DNA from: Chlamydiales bacterium
GTDB lineage: Bacteria > Chlamydiota > Chlamydiia > Chlamydiales > JACRBE01
Assembly: GCA_016213235.1 (NCBI GenBank)
Contig: JACRBE010000043.1
Coordinates: 18,407 to 82,406 of the forward strand
Direction: 5' to 3'
DNA length: 64,000 nucleotides
Part shown: in pieces, positions 40,406-50,680 of the stretch
How the letters are laid out: each line of letters opens with the position of its first letter
Position numbering within the stretch: position 1 is the first letter of the stretch
Notes under the pieces: model-generated
Database searches by the model: none
What the model saw: only the letters and a program-made list of their open reading frames with translations
Told to the model about the DNA's origin: nothing
Position numbers and translations under genes: made by a program

Positions 40406-40407
40406 TG

Positions 40408-41301
40408 TTATAGAAAGTAAGGGACTATGTAAGTGATATTGCAAGCTTCTTCACTAGCTGAGATAGACATAGATTTTTTTGGTTTTGTTTTATAATCAAA
40501 ACGCTCCATCAGCTCAATGGGAATCCCGTGTTGTGTAAACAGCTCTGATATTTCATTAGAAGATAATAAAGACTGGTTGCTCTCTATTTTTAATTTTTCC
40601 TTTTGAATCAATTCATCTGCAAAGGCTTTAGAAAAGAGGGTGCTTAGCATAGGGTAGGGGATATCTTGGAAATAAAAGATGATATGGGGTGAAGAAGCAT
40701 TTATGGCAAAGAGGGATTCTAAGGCGGGGTAGGAGGTCGCAGATTCATAATGATAACCAGGGCATCCTCTTAAAAGAAGGGTATGCATAAAATGTTTGGG
40801 ATCTTCTTCATCAAATAACTCTACAAGGGAAGTAATAGTATATCCCTTTTGTAATAGCAATTTTCCTTGCATTTGTAATATACAGACAATGTCTTTACCA
40901 AGACTTCTCTCTTGTTGAAAGGGAGGATGGTCAGCATAAAAATAATCAATTAATTTTTCTGCATATTGTGTGGTAATAGGATCGTCTTGAAAAAGAGAGA
41001 ATATATTCATTTTAGCAGTCATATTATGATAATTTTTCAATCGATGATTGGAATAAGTAGGCTGTGTGTTTTTGCTCTCTTTTTTTATGGTGCTTTGCGT
41101 AGCGTGATTAGCTTTTGGTTTGTTTTTGATGATGTGTTGAAAATATTTTTGTGTCTTATTCTTATTTATATCCAAAAATAGTTGATGGGATTTAGAGGAG
41201 GTAAAAGCGATCAGGCCTGTAAGTTTATTTTCTGAAAAAAAACAAGAAGAGAGTATGGCAAAAATGCTAAGAAAAATAATCGTCCATGGTAATACTTGCA
41301 T
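40408..41301 (-). CDS. Hypothetical protein downstream of a pseudopilin-like gene
   Basis: N-terminal hydrophobic segment; co-oriented and tightly spaced with 41307-41909. Confidence 0.6.
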   Translation of the reverse strand: MQVLPWTIIFLSIFAILSSCFFSENKLTGLIAFTSSKSHQLFLDINKNKTQKYFQHIIKNKPKANHATQSTIKKESKNTQPTYSNHRLKNYHNMTAKMNIFSLFQDDPITTQYAEKLIDYFYADHPPFQQERSLGKDIVCILQMQGKLLLQKGYTITSLVELFDEEDPKHFMHTLLLRGCPGYHYESATSYPALESLFAINASSPHIIFYFQDIPYPMLSTLFSKAFADELIQKEKLKIESNQSLLSSNEISELFTQHGIPIELMERFDYKTKPKKSMSISASEEACNITYIVPYFL

Positions 41302-41306
41302 GTGAT

Positions 41307-41909
41307 TCAGATCCTATGAATAATTTGGTGATGCGTAGGTAGATAAAAGGTGTGAGTAATAATTTTACTAGAACCTATAGAGTGAAAATGCAACTGCATT
41401 ACGTCAGGTAATGATGGCTCTGTCATATCCCATGTTATTGTTTGCTCAAATGCATGTTGTTTTTCCCTATATTTAAAAAAAGTAAAAGAAATCCTTTCTA
41501 CATCTTTTGCAAGACAATCTAACTTTTCGTGGGAAGGTGAGAGTATATTATCTTGTTTAGGAAAAATAGATAGGTACACAAGGTTATCTTGCAAAAAGAT
41601 TTTACCCATTATTTCATAGCACAAGGCTTGTTCTGGATTAACACCGTGATCAAATCGAAATACAAGAGCGGTATGATCATGGCATGTCATGGTATAAATA
41701 CTGCCAGGCAAAGCAGTAAGATGGCTAAAATAGTGAGTGATTTTATTAACCATACGATCTTGCAATAAAGCAGTAGATTGCATGGTCTTTAATTCATTTT
41801 TCAATAAAGCAGAGGCTTTTAATTGTTGTAAAACAAATATAACAATTGCAGTTGTAAGGATACAAGCGATCATCACTTCCAATAAGGAAAAGGAATATCT
41901 TTTTTGCAT
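41307..41909 (-). CDS. Type II secretion pseudopilin-like protein
   Basis: Prepilin-like leader KRYS|FSLLEVMIA. Confidence 0.7.
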   Translation of the reverse strand: MQKRYSFSLLEVMIACILTTAIVIFVLQQLKASALLKNELKTMQSTALLQDRMVNKITHYFSHLTALPGSIYTMTCHDHTALVFRFDHGVNPEQALCYEIMGKIFLQDNLVYLSIFPKQDNILSPSHEKLDCLAKDVERISFTFFKYREKQHAFEQTITWDMTEPSLPDVMQLHFHSIGSSKIITHTFYLPTHHQIIHRI

Positions 41910-41926
41910 GAGTGCTGCGATAAATA

Positions 41927-43804
41927 TTATTCTGCTTCTATTGTATCATTTTTATGTTTATTTGAAATCCATACTAAAGCAATGCCAAGTAAAAGAAACA
42001 TGATGAGTGATACAATATTGGGGAGGTACCCATTTTGTGATGCTGGAATAACATTAAGCACTGTAAGCAATGCAAGAACTACTCCCATGCAAGCATCTCC
42101 AGCGACAAGGCCAGAAGATGCTAATATGCCCTGCTCTTCTGCTTTACGATTTTTTAGTTTATGTTGTACAAGCCATTTTATGACACCTCCGAGCATCATA
42201 GATGATGACAGAGAGAGCGGAAGATATAGACCTATTGCAAATGCAAGAGTAGGTATACGAAGTAATTCCATAACAAGCCCAAGTACGATACCAATCATGA
42301 CGAGTACTACAGGCAATTGATGATTGATAACACCTTTTGCAATTAAATACATGAGGGTAGCTTGTGGAGCCGGCATTTTAGGAGATCCAAAACCATATGC
42401 TTCATTAAGCAAATAAAGAGTTCCTCCGATTGCAAGTGAGGGAAGGATAAGGCCAATGATTTCTGCAATTTGTTGGTTTCTTGGTGTTGCGCCTAAAATA
42501 TAACCTGCTTTTAAATCTTGGGATGTCGTTGCTGCAAGACAAATAGCGACATTTACTACACAGCTCATGGTAATGGCTGCTATTAGAAATACACGTTCGG
42601 TCCATCCCAAAGCAGAAAAGATTAAACAGGTAATTAATAAGGTAGTAATAGTCATTCCAGATACTGGGTTAGAAGAACTACCAACCAGCCCTACGGTGAT
42701 GGAAGTTACGGCAGTAAAGAAATATCCTAAAATTGCAATAAGTACAATCGTAAGAAAGTTTAGTGATAGGTCTGGATATAGCCATAAAAACATAATAATA
42801 CCAAGAGAACCTAAAATGAGCCACGACATGGAGATATCTTGGTCTGTACGCTCTTGGGATTCTTTTTGTTTAAACATGGCAAATAATTCTTTGAATCCCA
42901 CTACTACAGTATTCTTAATCATTGGCATAATTTTAATAACGCTAATAACACCACCGATAGCGACTGCGCCAGCTCCAATATATCTTACATAATTAGACCA
43001 AATATCATCTGCGCTCATAGCAAGAATTGACACTGTAGAAGGATAAATAATACTTTTCCCGCCGAACATTTTAATGAGGGGAATAATCACCCACCATCCA
43101 ATGATACCACCTGCAAACATAATAGCGGATATTCTAGAGCCTACGATAAAACCAACGCCTAATAAAGAAGGCGTGCCATCTATGCTGAATTTAGTATCTT
43201 CATATTTTTTAAAGGTGAAATCAATTGACTCATTCCAGAGATAGAGGCCACTAATACATAATTTGTATAATGCCCCCATTAATAATCCCCATGCAGCTGA
43301 AAAAGCATGGGCGATTTTTTTTTCGCCGGCTATTAGGATTTTGGCGCAAGCAGTACCTTCTGGAAAAGGAATAGTACCATGTTCTTTTACGATAATGAAT
43401 CGTCGCATAGGAATCATAAATAGAATTCCAAGGATTCCACCTAAAAAAGCGAGTATAAAAATTCTATTATTGGATGGTGAATCTCCTAAAAAAAACAGAG
43501 CAGGTACTGTAAAAATTACACCTGCTGCAAGACCTTCTCCAACAGTTGCGATTGTTTGCACAATATTATTTTCTAAGATGGTTACACGTTTGAAAAAGGT
43601 ATGTAAAATTGCCATAGACATAACAGCAGCTGGTATGGACGCAGAAATAGTGGTTCCGATTTTTAAGCCTAGATAAGCATTGCCTACTCCAAATACAACA
43701 CCCAGCAACATTCCAAGTACAACAGAGCGTATAGAAAATTCCTTCACGGGTTTATCTGAGCTGACGTGAGGTTGAAACTTTTCTTGAGGATGATTCATAG
43801 ACAT
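41927..43804 (-). CDS. OPT-family oligopeptide transporter
   Basis: NAYLGLKIGTTISASIPAAV, LENNIVQT, FPEGTACA, GSSSNPVSG, QDLKAG, PAPQATLM. Confidence 0.93.
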   Translation of the reverse strand: MSMNHPQEKFQPHVSSDKPVKEFSIRSVVLGMLLGVVFGVGNAYLGLKIGTTISASIPAAVMSMAILHTFFKRVTILENNIVQTIATVGEGLAAGVIFTVPALFFLGDSPSNNRIFILAFLGGILGILFMIPMRRFIIVKEHGTIPFPEGTACAKILIAGEKKIAHAFSAAWGLLMGALYKLCISGLYLWNESIDFTFKKYEDTKFSIDGTPSLLGVGFIVGSRISAIMFAGGIIGWWVIIPLIKMFGGKSIIYPSTVSILAMSADDIWSNYVRYIGAGAVAIGGVISVIKIMPMIKNTVVVGFKELFAMFKQKESQERTDQDISMSWLILGSLGIIMFLWLYPDLSLNFLTIVLIAILGYFFTAVTSITVGLVGSSSNPVSGMTITTLLITCLIFSALGWTERVFLIAAITMSCVVNVAICLAATTSQDLKAGYILGATPRNQQIAEIIGLILPSLAIGGTLYLLNEAYGFGSPKMPAPQATLMYLIAKGVINHQLPVVLVMIGIVLGLVMELLRIPTLAFAIGLYLPLSLSSSMMLGGVIKWLVQHKLKNRKAEEQGILASSGLVAGDACMGVVLALLTVLNVIPASQNGYLPNIVSLIMFLLLGIALVWISNKHKNDTIEAE

Positions 43805-43852
43805 ATAGTTGGTTATATTAAATTTTTTCTTATCAAATATAGATTTTATGAT

Positions 43853-44272
43853 CTATTCTTTTTTTAGAATGTATGAGTATTTGTAGATTGTTTTGGACGC
43901 ATCAAATCTTAAATAGTAACAAAACAAGCGGTATTTAGTATTATCTGCGAGACATGTTTCATGGCTAGTTGAGTACCCCCTTTTATAAGAAATAGAAAAG
44001 GATGATGTGGAAGTTGTTGGGAGTAGTTCCCACTCACTCGGATGGATAGGGTTCATTTCGTCCCATTTTATTTCAGGTAATACATTCATTTCAAATTCTA
44101 GACTTAAATTATTAGCGATGCGAAATTCATCCATGGTATGTAATTGATGTATTTGATGATTCGCAAAACGATAAATATGATGAACAAAAAATCCTAGAGC
44201 AACGCTAATAATGGCAATGGAAACAATTACCTCTAGTAATGCAAAAGAATATTTTTTTTGTTTTGCCAACAA
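43853..44272 (-). CDS. Type II secretion pseudopilin-like protein
   Basis: Prepilin-like leader KKYS|FALLEVIVSIAII. Confidence 0.65.
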   Translation of the reverse strand: MLAKQKKYSFALLEVIVSIAIISVALGFFVHHIYRFANHQIHQLHTMDEFRIANNLSLEFEMNVLPEIKWDEMNPIHPSEWELLPTTSTSSFSISYKRGYSTSHETCLADNTKYRLFCYYLRFDASKTIYKYSYILKKE

Positions 44273-44649
44273 TCACCTACTGATTTACAGCATAGCCATT
44301 TTATCAGGTAATTTTAAATATTGATAAAAAAATGATGAATTTTTATAACTAAATTAAAAAGGCATAATTGTTCAAAGGCCTTTTACAATTAATTGTAGTA
44401 TTCTGATGCTCGTTTGCGAGCATCAATAGACAGATTAGAATAAGAAAACCTCTGTTTTTCCTTTTTTAAAGACCGCAGTCATTAACAAGGGTTTTTCTTA
44501 TTAGATAGATGGTATCATTGATTACGATAAGTTTGCAGCGTTTAAAGCCATCTGATTCGAGTTACACATTCGAAGAGGAAAGTATTTCCGGTATATGATG
44601 CTAAAGGCATGAATAGCATGTGTTTGGTCATGACTGGTTGTAGAATATT

Positions 44650-45621
44650 ATGAAAGGCTTTAAAGGAAGGGCGCTTTTTAATTTATTGCGTCTAAAATAT
44701 CGTAATCAGCAATTGCCCACTTCACTAGAGCAGTGGCAGATAGAAGATTATCGGGCGATGAATACTGAGGCATTGTTTCATCGGTTGCTATTTCTCGGAG
44801 TGAGTCTTGATTTAGAAGCGTTTAAGTTATATACTGCAAGCTGCGATAGTCCTGAAAAACTCTTATATTATCTCTCTGCTAAAGAAGAGAATGATTCATC
44901 TAAATTACAAATATATCTTATTGTTTTTGAATTATGGAGACGGTTTGTCCCAGAAAAACAATCATTATCTATTTTAACCGATGAAATCGATCATAAGATA
45001 GAGCAGCATTATCAAGGTGAATTAGAAGAAGATCAGGCACAAGTGATGTTTGTGACTTTGGAAGATATTTTTGATCAAGCTGTTGATGAGGGGCAACCCC
45101 CTAAAGGCGTTTTTGTAGCGCTATCTAACTATATGGCACATAATCTAGAGCATTTTTTATATGATTATATTGGTAAAATGATTGCTCAAAATAAAGATTT
45201 AACTGCATCAGAATTGATCGATGGTTTTTATCCCTACATTCAACAGGAGACAGCTTTTGATTTGTTAAAAGTCAAACTGCTTGCTAAGGCGGATGTCGAA
45301 GAGGCAACGATTGCCGCGCAGAGGCTGAGTGAAAAAATAATCGAAGAAAAAAATAAGTCACTTGCTTTTGATTTAATTCAATTTTTAGCACAGGAAGGAA
45401 CTCCGGAAGTATTTTTTCAAACATATCAAAAAATAGTGCCCTTGATTGAAACAGAAAAAGATTTTAAACAGATGCTAGAGATTGCAGCTAGTTATTATCG
45501 AGGATTTGATAAAGAATTAGAAGAAGAGCAAATACAGCATTTGATTAATTCTAGAAAAGACATCGATCCCAATCGCAAGATAGAAATAAAAGAACTTATC
45601 TTAAAAGCATTTAACAAGTAG
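44650..45621 (+). CDS. Conserved chlamydial hypothetical protein
   Basis: GRALFNLLR...WQIEDYR...CDSPE...YLIVFELWRR motifs; acidic and helical. Confidence 0.7.
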   Translation: MKGFKGRALFNLLRLKYRNQQLPTSLEQWQIEDYRAMNTEALFHRLLFLGVSLDLEAFKLYTASCDSPEKLLYYLSAKEENDSSKLQIYLIVFELWRRFVPEKQSLSILTDEIDHKIEQHYQGELEEDQAQVMFVTLEDIFDQAVDEGQPPKGVFVALSNYMAHNLEHFLYDYIGKMIAQNKDLTASELIDGFYPYIQQETAFDLLKVKLLAKADVEEATIAAQRLSEKIIEEKNKSLAFDLIQFLAQEGTPEVFFQTYQKIVPLIETEKDFKQMLEIAASYYRGFDKELEEEQIQHLINSRKDIDPNRKIEIKELILKAFNK

Positions 45622-46357
45622 CGATTAATTTTGGTTTAAATTGTAGATAGTCTGCTGCTACAAAAATATAAGTTGTTTGATGATATTTTCCAAATAGAGG
45701 CGTTCCCTGTTTTACGTTATGCAGATGTCCAAATATGCAAATATCCATATGGTACTTATCGATGATAGTCGAAGCTTTTGATTCTTGCAGGGTGTGTGGC
45801 AGTGGAGGAAAGTGAGTCATACATATTTTTAAAGAAGAGGATTCATTTATTTGTTTGAGGCTCGACTCCAATCGGAGCAGCTCCTTTTCAAACAAGGCTT
45901 CTTCACGCTGTGTATCTTCGTGTTTATTTTTTACAAGATTAGAAGGGACGAAATCAATAATTTTATCAAAGGAAAAAGCCGGATCGTCCCACAATCTTGC
46001 TCCTCCTATAGCAACTTCATTTATTTGGAGTGCGTTGTTGTTAATAAAAGAAATAGAAGGGGGGAGTTTTGCGCTAAGCTTTGCATTGGATGGCCACCAA
46101 TAATCATGATTACCCTTTAAGATAATCTTTTTGCCTGGCAGTTTATCTATCCAACATAAATCAAGAAGGGCATCTTCGAATTTCATAGCCCATGAAATAT
46201 CTCCTGGAAGGAGGACTAGATCTTCATCCGATACGATATCTTTCCAGTGTTGTTGAATAAGATAGTGGTAATCTTTCCATGCCGCTCCAAAAGCTTCCAT
46301 GGTTTTATCGGGAGTAGAAATAGCAAGATGCAGATCTGCAATAGCAAATATTTTCAT
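45611..46357 (-). CDS. Calcineurin-like metallophosphoesterase
   Basis: IADLH, PGDISW, KGNHDYW, HFPP, FGHLH. Confidence 0.92.
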   Translation of the reverse strand: MKIFAIADLHLAISTPDKTMEAFGAAWKDYHYLIQQHWKDIVSDEDLVLLPGDISWAMKFEDALLDLCWIDKLPGKKIILKGNHDYWWPSNAKLSAKLPPSISFINNNALQINEVAIGGARLWDDPAFSFDKIIDFVPSNLVKNKHEDTQREEALFEKELLRLESSLKQINESSSLKICMTHFPPLPHTLQESKASTIIDKYHMDICIFGHLHNVKQGTPLFGKYHQTTYIFVAADYLQFKPKLIATC

Positions 46358-46653
46358 GAAAAGCTCATTGTGTAGTGGTCTAACATAAATGTAGCACTAT
46401 CATATAATACTTGTGTAGTAATTGATTGTTACTGGTTAGGGAGTGGTGTTAAAGGTATATATCCAGCGCAAGGCCATTACAGCATATCCAATTGCTGCTA
46501 ATAAATTGGTTGGATTAGTTGTAGGATTTTGCCCCCATATGGACCGGATGTTCCCCACATAGCGGAATATAGAGCATTTTCTGCAGTGATCCAAGTGCTT
46601 GGAAAAGGTGAGGCTATAGGTACCTTAACAGGAAAAATATAATCAATAAAAAA

Positions 46654-47943
46654 CTAAAAACGAAAGTTTTTTGGTAGGTGGGTGCCGGCGGGTATTACAA
46701 TGATACCATCTCGTACATAAAGATGATCGCTATCATAATGCATGATGTGTTTTTCATTAGTGAGGGATACATTATCTTCTATCTGTGTTTGTTCATCGAT
46801 AATAGCTTTTTTAATAATACAGTTTTTCCCAATGAAATAGTCGTGAGGATCTTGCGTTGGGAGAGAGGATGTGTAGGAAGGATTTCCAATCACAATGGAA
46901 TCTTGGATGATGGTTCCTTCCATGATGCGGGAGCGGAGCCCAATTAAGCTGTGTGTAATTTCTTTAGCATTAATGATAGAGCCATCACAGATAATAGAAT
47001 CGGTAACTCTTGTGTTTTTTACAAAAGCACTGGGAAGGTTGATGTTTTGTGCATAAATGGGAGATTGTTCATTATATAAATCAAGACCACAGCTAGTTGT
47101 AGTGAGAGATAAATTTGCTTCATAGAAGGATTCAACAGTGCCAATATCCTCCCAATAACCATGGTAAGTATAAGCTGCTGTTTTTTTTCCTGTTTTAATT
47201 TGAGTGGGGATAATATGTTTGCCAAAATCTTCTCTTAAGTCAGTGTTTAAAAGATGGATAAGAGTATCTTTTTTAAAAATGTAAATCCCCATGGACCCTA
47301 GATAGCATCGCTCTGGATCTTTTGCATCTTTTACTTTGAATTTTTTTAAGACCTTTATATCAGATGGTTTTTCATAAAAATCTGTAATTAAATGATTTTT
47401 ATTAATTTTCATGATTCCCATGCGTCTTGCTTCTTTTTCTTTTACCGGGATCGTAGCAATCGTTAATTCAGCATCTTTTTCTTTTGTAAATTCTAACATG
47501 TCAATTAGATCCATGTTATATAGCTGATCGCCAGAAAGAATAATGAAATATTCTATTGGCAAATGTAAAAAATGAGATAGGTTCTTTCTTACGGCGTCTG
47601 CAGTTCCTTGATACCATGATTTTTTTAGGGGGGTCTCTTCAGGACTTAGCATTTCTATTTTTTCACTAGTTAGAGCGCCTGCATGAAAGGTAGAGGCAAT
47701 ATGATTGTTTAAATCAGAAGCAAAGTATTGAGATATAACGAATATTTTTGAAATTTTTGCATTAATAGAATTAGAAATAGGGATGTCTATTAGTTTATAA
47801 CGTCCTGCAAAAGAGACATCAGGCTTACATCTAGTCTGGGTAAGGGGGAATAGGCGCGTACCTTGACCACCAGCTAGAATAATCGTGGCTGCTTGGTGTT
47901 TTTCTAGTAACGTCAATACGTCAATATGAGTTTTTTTATTCAT
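46654..47943 (-). CDS. glgC: Glucose-1-phosphate adenylyltransferase
   Basis: ILAGGQGTRLFPLT, WYQGTADAV, SGDQLY, DFGK, YWEDIGT. Confidence 0.95.
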   Translation of the reverse strand: MNKKTHIDVLTLLEKHQAATIILAGGQGTRLFPLTQTRCKPDVSFAGRYKLIDIPISNSINAKISKIFVISQYFASDLNNHIASTFHAGALTSEKIEMLSPEETPLKKSWYQGTADAVRKNLSHFLHLPIEYFIILSGDQLYNMDLIDMLEFTKEKDAELTIATIPVKEKEARRMGIMKINKNHLITDFYEKPSDIKVLKKFKVKDAKDPERCYLGSMGIYIFKKDTLIHLLNTDLREDFGKHIIPTQIKTGKKTAAYTYHGYWEDIGTVESFYEANLSLTTTSCGLDLYNEQSPIYAQNINLPSAFVKNTRVTDSIICDGSIINAKEITHSLIGLRSRIMEGTIIQDSIVIGNPSYTSSLPTQDPHDYFIGKNCIIKKAIIDEQTQIEDNVSLTNEKHIMHYDSDHLYVRDGIIVIPAGTHLPKNFRF

Positions 47944-48149
47944 TGTATTAAATAATAGTATATAGCTTATGTATATTAATTATTATTAATATGGTCAATT
48001 TCAATCTATAGTTTTATTTTTAAACAAATCGTAAATTAATGATTTTGTTTTTATTACAAATAGTTTATAATTTTAAAAAAATCCAAGACTTTATTTAGTT
48101 GCTCATGATTGATGTTTGGGGTTTTTTTTGTATAAACAATTAATAACCA

Positions 48150-48821
48150 ATGGTAAGAGGTGTTTTTTTTTCAATGGACGTCATTTCTAGAGCCTGTGTT
48201 TATGTAGATAAAGCATGTGATTATGCTCCTGGTATTAGTAGTTTCTCTAATGCGGGAGTGCTTGCTGGAAAAATGGTTTTTTCCATGCCGATTATTTCTT
48301 CTTTAACGGAGGGAAATCCATTTGTTGAGCATATTAAGGATAAAAGTACTCTGCGATGTATTGGATTGATCATTTGTCCATTTTTGTCCAATGGAGCAGT
48401 TGCTATTTATGATATAGTCAATTTATGTGCAGCAGCTATAGAAAAGGTAGACGAAGAAGAGGTAACGGATCATCCTCGGGTACAGGCGTTTGGAACAAGA
48501 CCATTGCATATGCCTGCTCCCATACAAAAACCTCCAGTCCGATTGCCGTATGAAAACGAATATCTTTTTTTAAGAAAAATGGGATCTGTCGATATAGAAA
48601 GGCTAAGGCAACAACCTATCGAAGCTCCAAAGAAAGAAAAAAAGCGATATCAAGAGTTGTTTCATGAGATAGAGAGGTGTTTATCACTGCTAACCAATCA
48701 AGCAGATGGAAGAAAACCTCTTAAGCTAAATCAGATAGAACAAGTAAAAGAAGCGTTCAAGGCGAGAGCTGTTTTAGCAGGCGCTTTAATACGACCCACC
48801 CTAGAGTCTATAGAAGAATGA
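48150..48821 (+). CDS. Hypothetical protein with an N-terminal module typical of environmental-chlamydial effector-like proteins
   Basis: DYAPGISSFSN...HIKDKSTLRCIGLIICPFLSNGAVAIYD resembles a recurrent chlamydial N-terminal module (recalled, not searched). Confidence 0.6.
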   Translation: MVRGVFFSMDVISRACVYVDKACDYAPGISSFSNAGVLAGKMVFSMPIISSLTEGNPFVEHIKDKSTLRCIGLIICPFLSNGAVAIYDIVNLCAAAIEKVDEEEVTDHPRVQAFGTRPLHMPAPIQKPPVRLPYENEYLFLRKMGSVDIERLRQQPIEAPKKEKKRYQELFHEIERCLSLLTNQADGRKPLKLNQIEQVKEAFKARAVLAGALIRPTLESIEE

Positions 48822-48828
48822 TTCTTTT

Positions 48829-49719
48829 TTAAGACCCCCAACGTTTAATTACGATTTCCATTTCATTTCTAATAAAGGAAGGAGTGTTATTTTCTGATGC
48901 AATAGTTTTAAATAGTGCTCGATCAGGTATTGACTCAAGAGCTTGGCAGGGAAATACAAGATAAGGTGCAAAGGATAAGTTTTTTCTTATAGAAGGATTA
49001 ACAAGTAGCGTTAAACAGCTTAATGCAATCTCTACATCTTCCGGAAAAGCAGATAATACGATAGCGGCTCTTTCATTATCTTTACAGTAAGGCTTGGTTT
49101 GTAGTTTTTGCAGTAAAAATGGTTTTGCAAGGGCGCCAAAACTACAAATGGCATCAATTACTGCTTCATCAACAGAAAAATAACCATTCCCAAGAGCGTT
49201 TAATAAAACAGGAAGCGATGTGATATCTTTGATGATTCCAAGTAGTGTCGCAGCGAAAATAGGAGCTCTTCCATAACCTGGATTTAATGGATCATAAAAG
49301 GTGGAAGAAGATAATAGGTCACGTAAAGCAGGAATAGACGTTTCTTTTAGCACTATAAGAGCATCCATTTCTTTTTTTGGATTCTCATCTTCTGTTAAAA
49401 TAAGGTCTGCGATTGCAATGTTAATTTTAGGTGTATTGCTCTCTTCATATAACATGCGCAAATCTAGGTATAGTTTCTTTGCTTGTTTAATCGATTCTTT
49501 TGCTTCTAATGGCAATAGATCGAGCGCTTGTTGTTCTACAATCGCGATTTGTTTAATTCGTTTGATGGAAAATTCTGACATGCATCCGACACCTTTTTTT
49601 TTGTAGTAGGTGAGCATTTCATTGAAATCGCCACTAAAATGCACCTGACAGTGCATGACAATTTGAGCGTCAATAGAATCAATTAAAGGAATGTGATCTA
49701 ATACGTTATCATGAGACAT
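48829..49719 (-). CDS. Conserved hypothetical protein (HEAT-like repeats)
   Basis: FYDPLNPGYGRAPIFAA motif; helical repeats; downstream of lipA. Confidence 0.65.
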   Translation of the reverse strand: MSHDNVLDHIPLIDSIDAQIVMHCQVHFSGDFNEMLTYYKKKGVGCMSEFSIKRIKQIAIVEQQALDLLPLEAKESIKQAKKLYLDLRMLYEESNTPKINIAIADLILTEDENPKKEMDALIVLKETSIPALRDLLSSSTFYDPLNPGYGRAPIFAATLLGIIKDITSLPVLLNALGNGYFSVDEAVIDAICSFGALAKPFLLQKLQTKPYCKDNERAAIVLSAFPEDVEIALSCLTLLVNPSIRKNLSFAPYLVFPCQALESIPDRALFKTIASENNTPSFIRNEMEIVIKRWGS

Positions 49720-49725
49720 AAGATT

Positions 49726-50676
49726 TTAGCCGGTAGCTTGTTTTAATACTTCTTGTGCATTATAGCTAGATCGTACAAATGGTCCTGCATATACCTGTTT
49801 AATGCCAATACAGAGACCAAATGTTTCATATTCTTTAAAGTCTTCCAATGGCACAAAAGATGTTACTTTTAGTTTTTTTGCACTTGCTTGGAGATACTGA
49901 CCAATGGTAATGATATCACAGCCAGCATTTTTTAAATCAGTAATCGTTTGAAACGTCTCTTCTTTTGTTTCACCAAGTCCCACCATGATCCCTGACTTAA
50001 TGAGCATAGGGTGTTTGCGCCTTGCTGCAAAAGAGAGAATTTGCAATGTGCGATCATAAGTTGCTGTGTGGCGTACCCGGGGGGTAAGACGTCGCACCGT
50101 TTCGATATTGTAATTAAAAATGTCAGGATGAGTATTTAAAACAATGGATAAGGCATCAAAATTACCTGCAAAATCAGATGTCAACACTTCGATGGTGCAA
50201 GTAGAGTGCATTTCCTTAATTGCCTGAATGATCGTGGATAGATGCATAGCGCCACCATCAACCAGATCGTCTCGCGCAACCATGGTAATGACAACATGAG
50301 AGAGCCCTAATTCTTTTACAGACATAGCAATTTTATAAGGCTCTTCCCTATCAGGCAGAGAAGGCTCCTTGTTAAATGCTATATCACAAAAACCACAGGC
50401 TCTTGTGCATTCTTTTCCAAGCACAAGAAATGTTGCGGTTTTTTTAGAATAACACTCTAATCGATTGGGGCATTTTGCCTCTTCACAAACAGTATTTAGA
50501 CCATATTTTTTTAAAATTGAATTCGTTTGTGCAAGGGCTTCTCCTTTTGGAATACTGCGATGTAACCATTTCGGAAATCGACCGGTCCCAAGAGTTTCAG
50601 AAATCGCCCCGTTATCCGGATTATCTGGCAAGCGATTAAGTTTTACTAAGGGGGTGTAATCGAATCGTTGATCCAT
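49726..50676 (-). CDS. lipA: Lipoyl synthase
   Basis: CEEAKCPNRLEC, CTRACGFC, VRSSY; start taken at MDQRF. Confidence 0.95.
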   Translation of the reverse strand: MDQRFDYTPLVKLNRLPDNPDNGAISETLGTGRFPKWLHRSIPKGEALAQTNSILKKYGLNTVCEEAKCPNRLECYSKKTATFLVLGKECTRACGFCDIAFNKEPSLPDREEPYKIAMSVKELGLSHVVITMVARDDLVDGGAMHLSTIIQAIKEMHSTCTIEVLTSDFAGNFDALSIVLNTHPDIFNYNIETVRRLTPRVRHTATYDRTLQILSFAARRKHPMLIKSGIMVGLGETKEETFQTITDLKNAGCDIITIGQYLQASAKKLKVTSFVPLEDFKEYETFGLCIGIKQVYAGPFVRSSYNAQEVLKQATG

Positions 50677-50680
50677 AACA

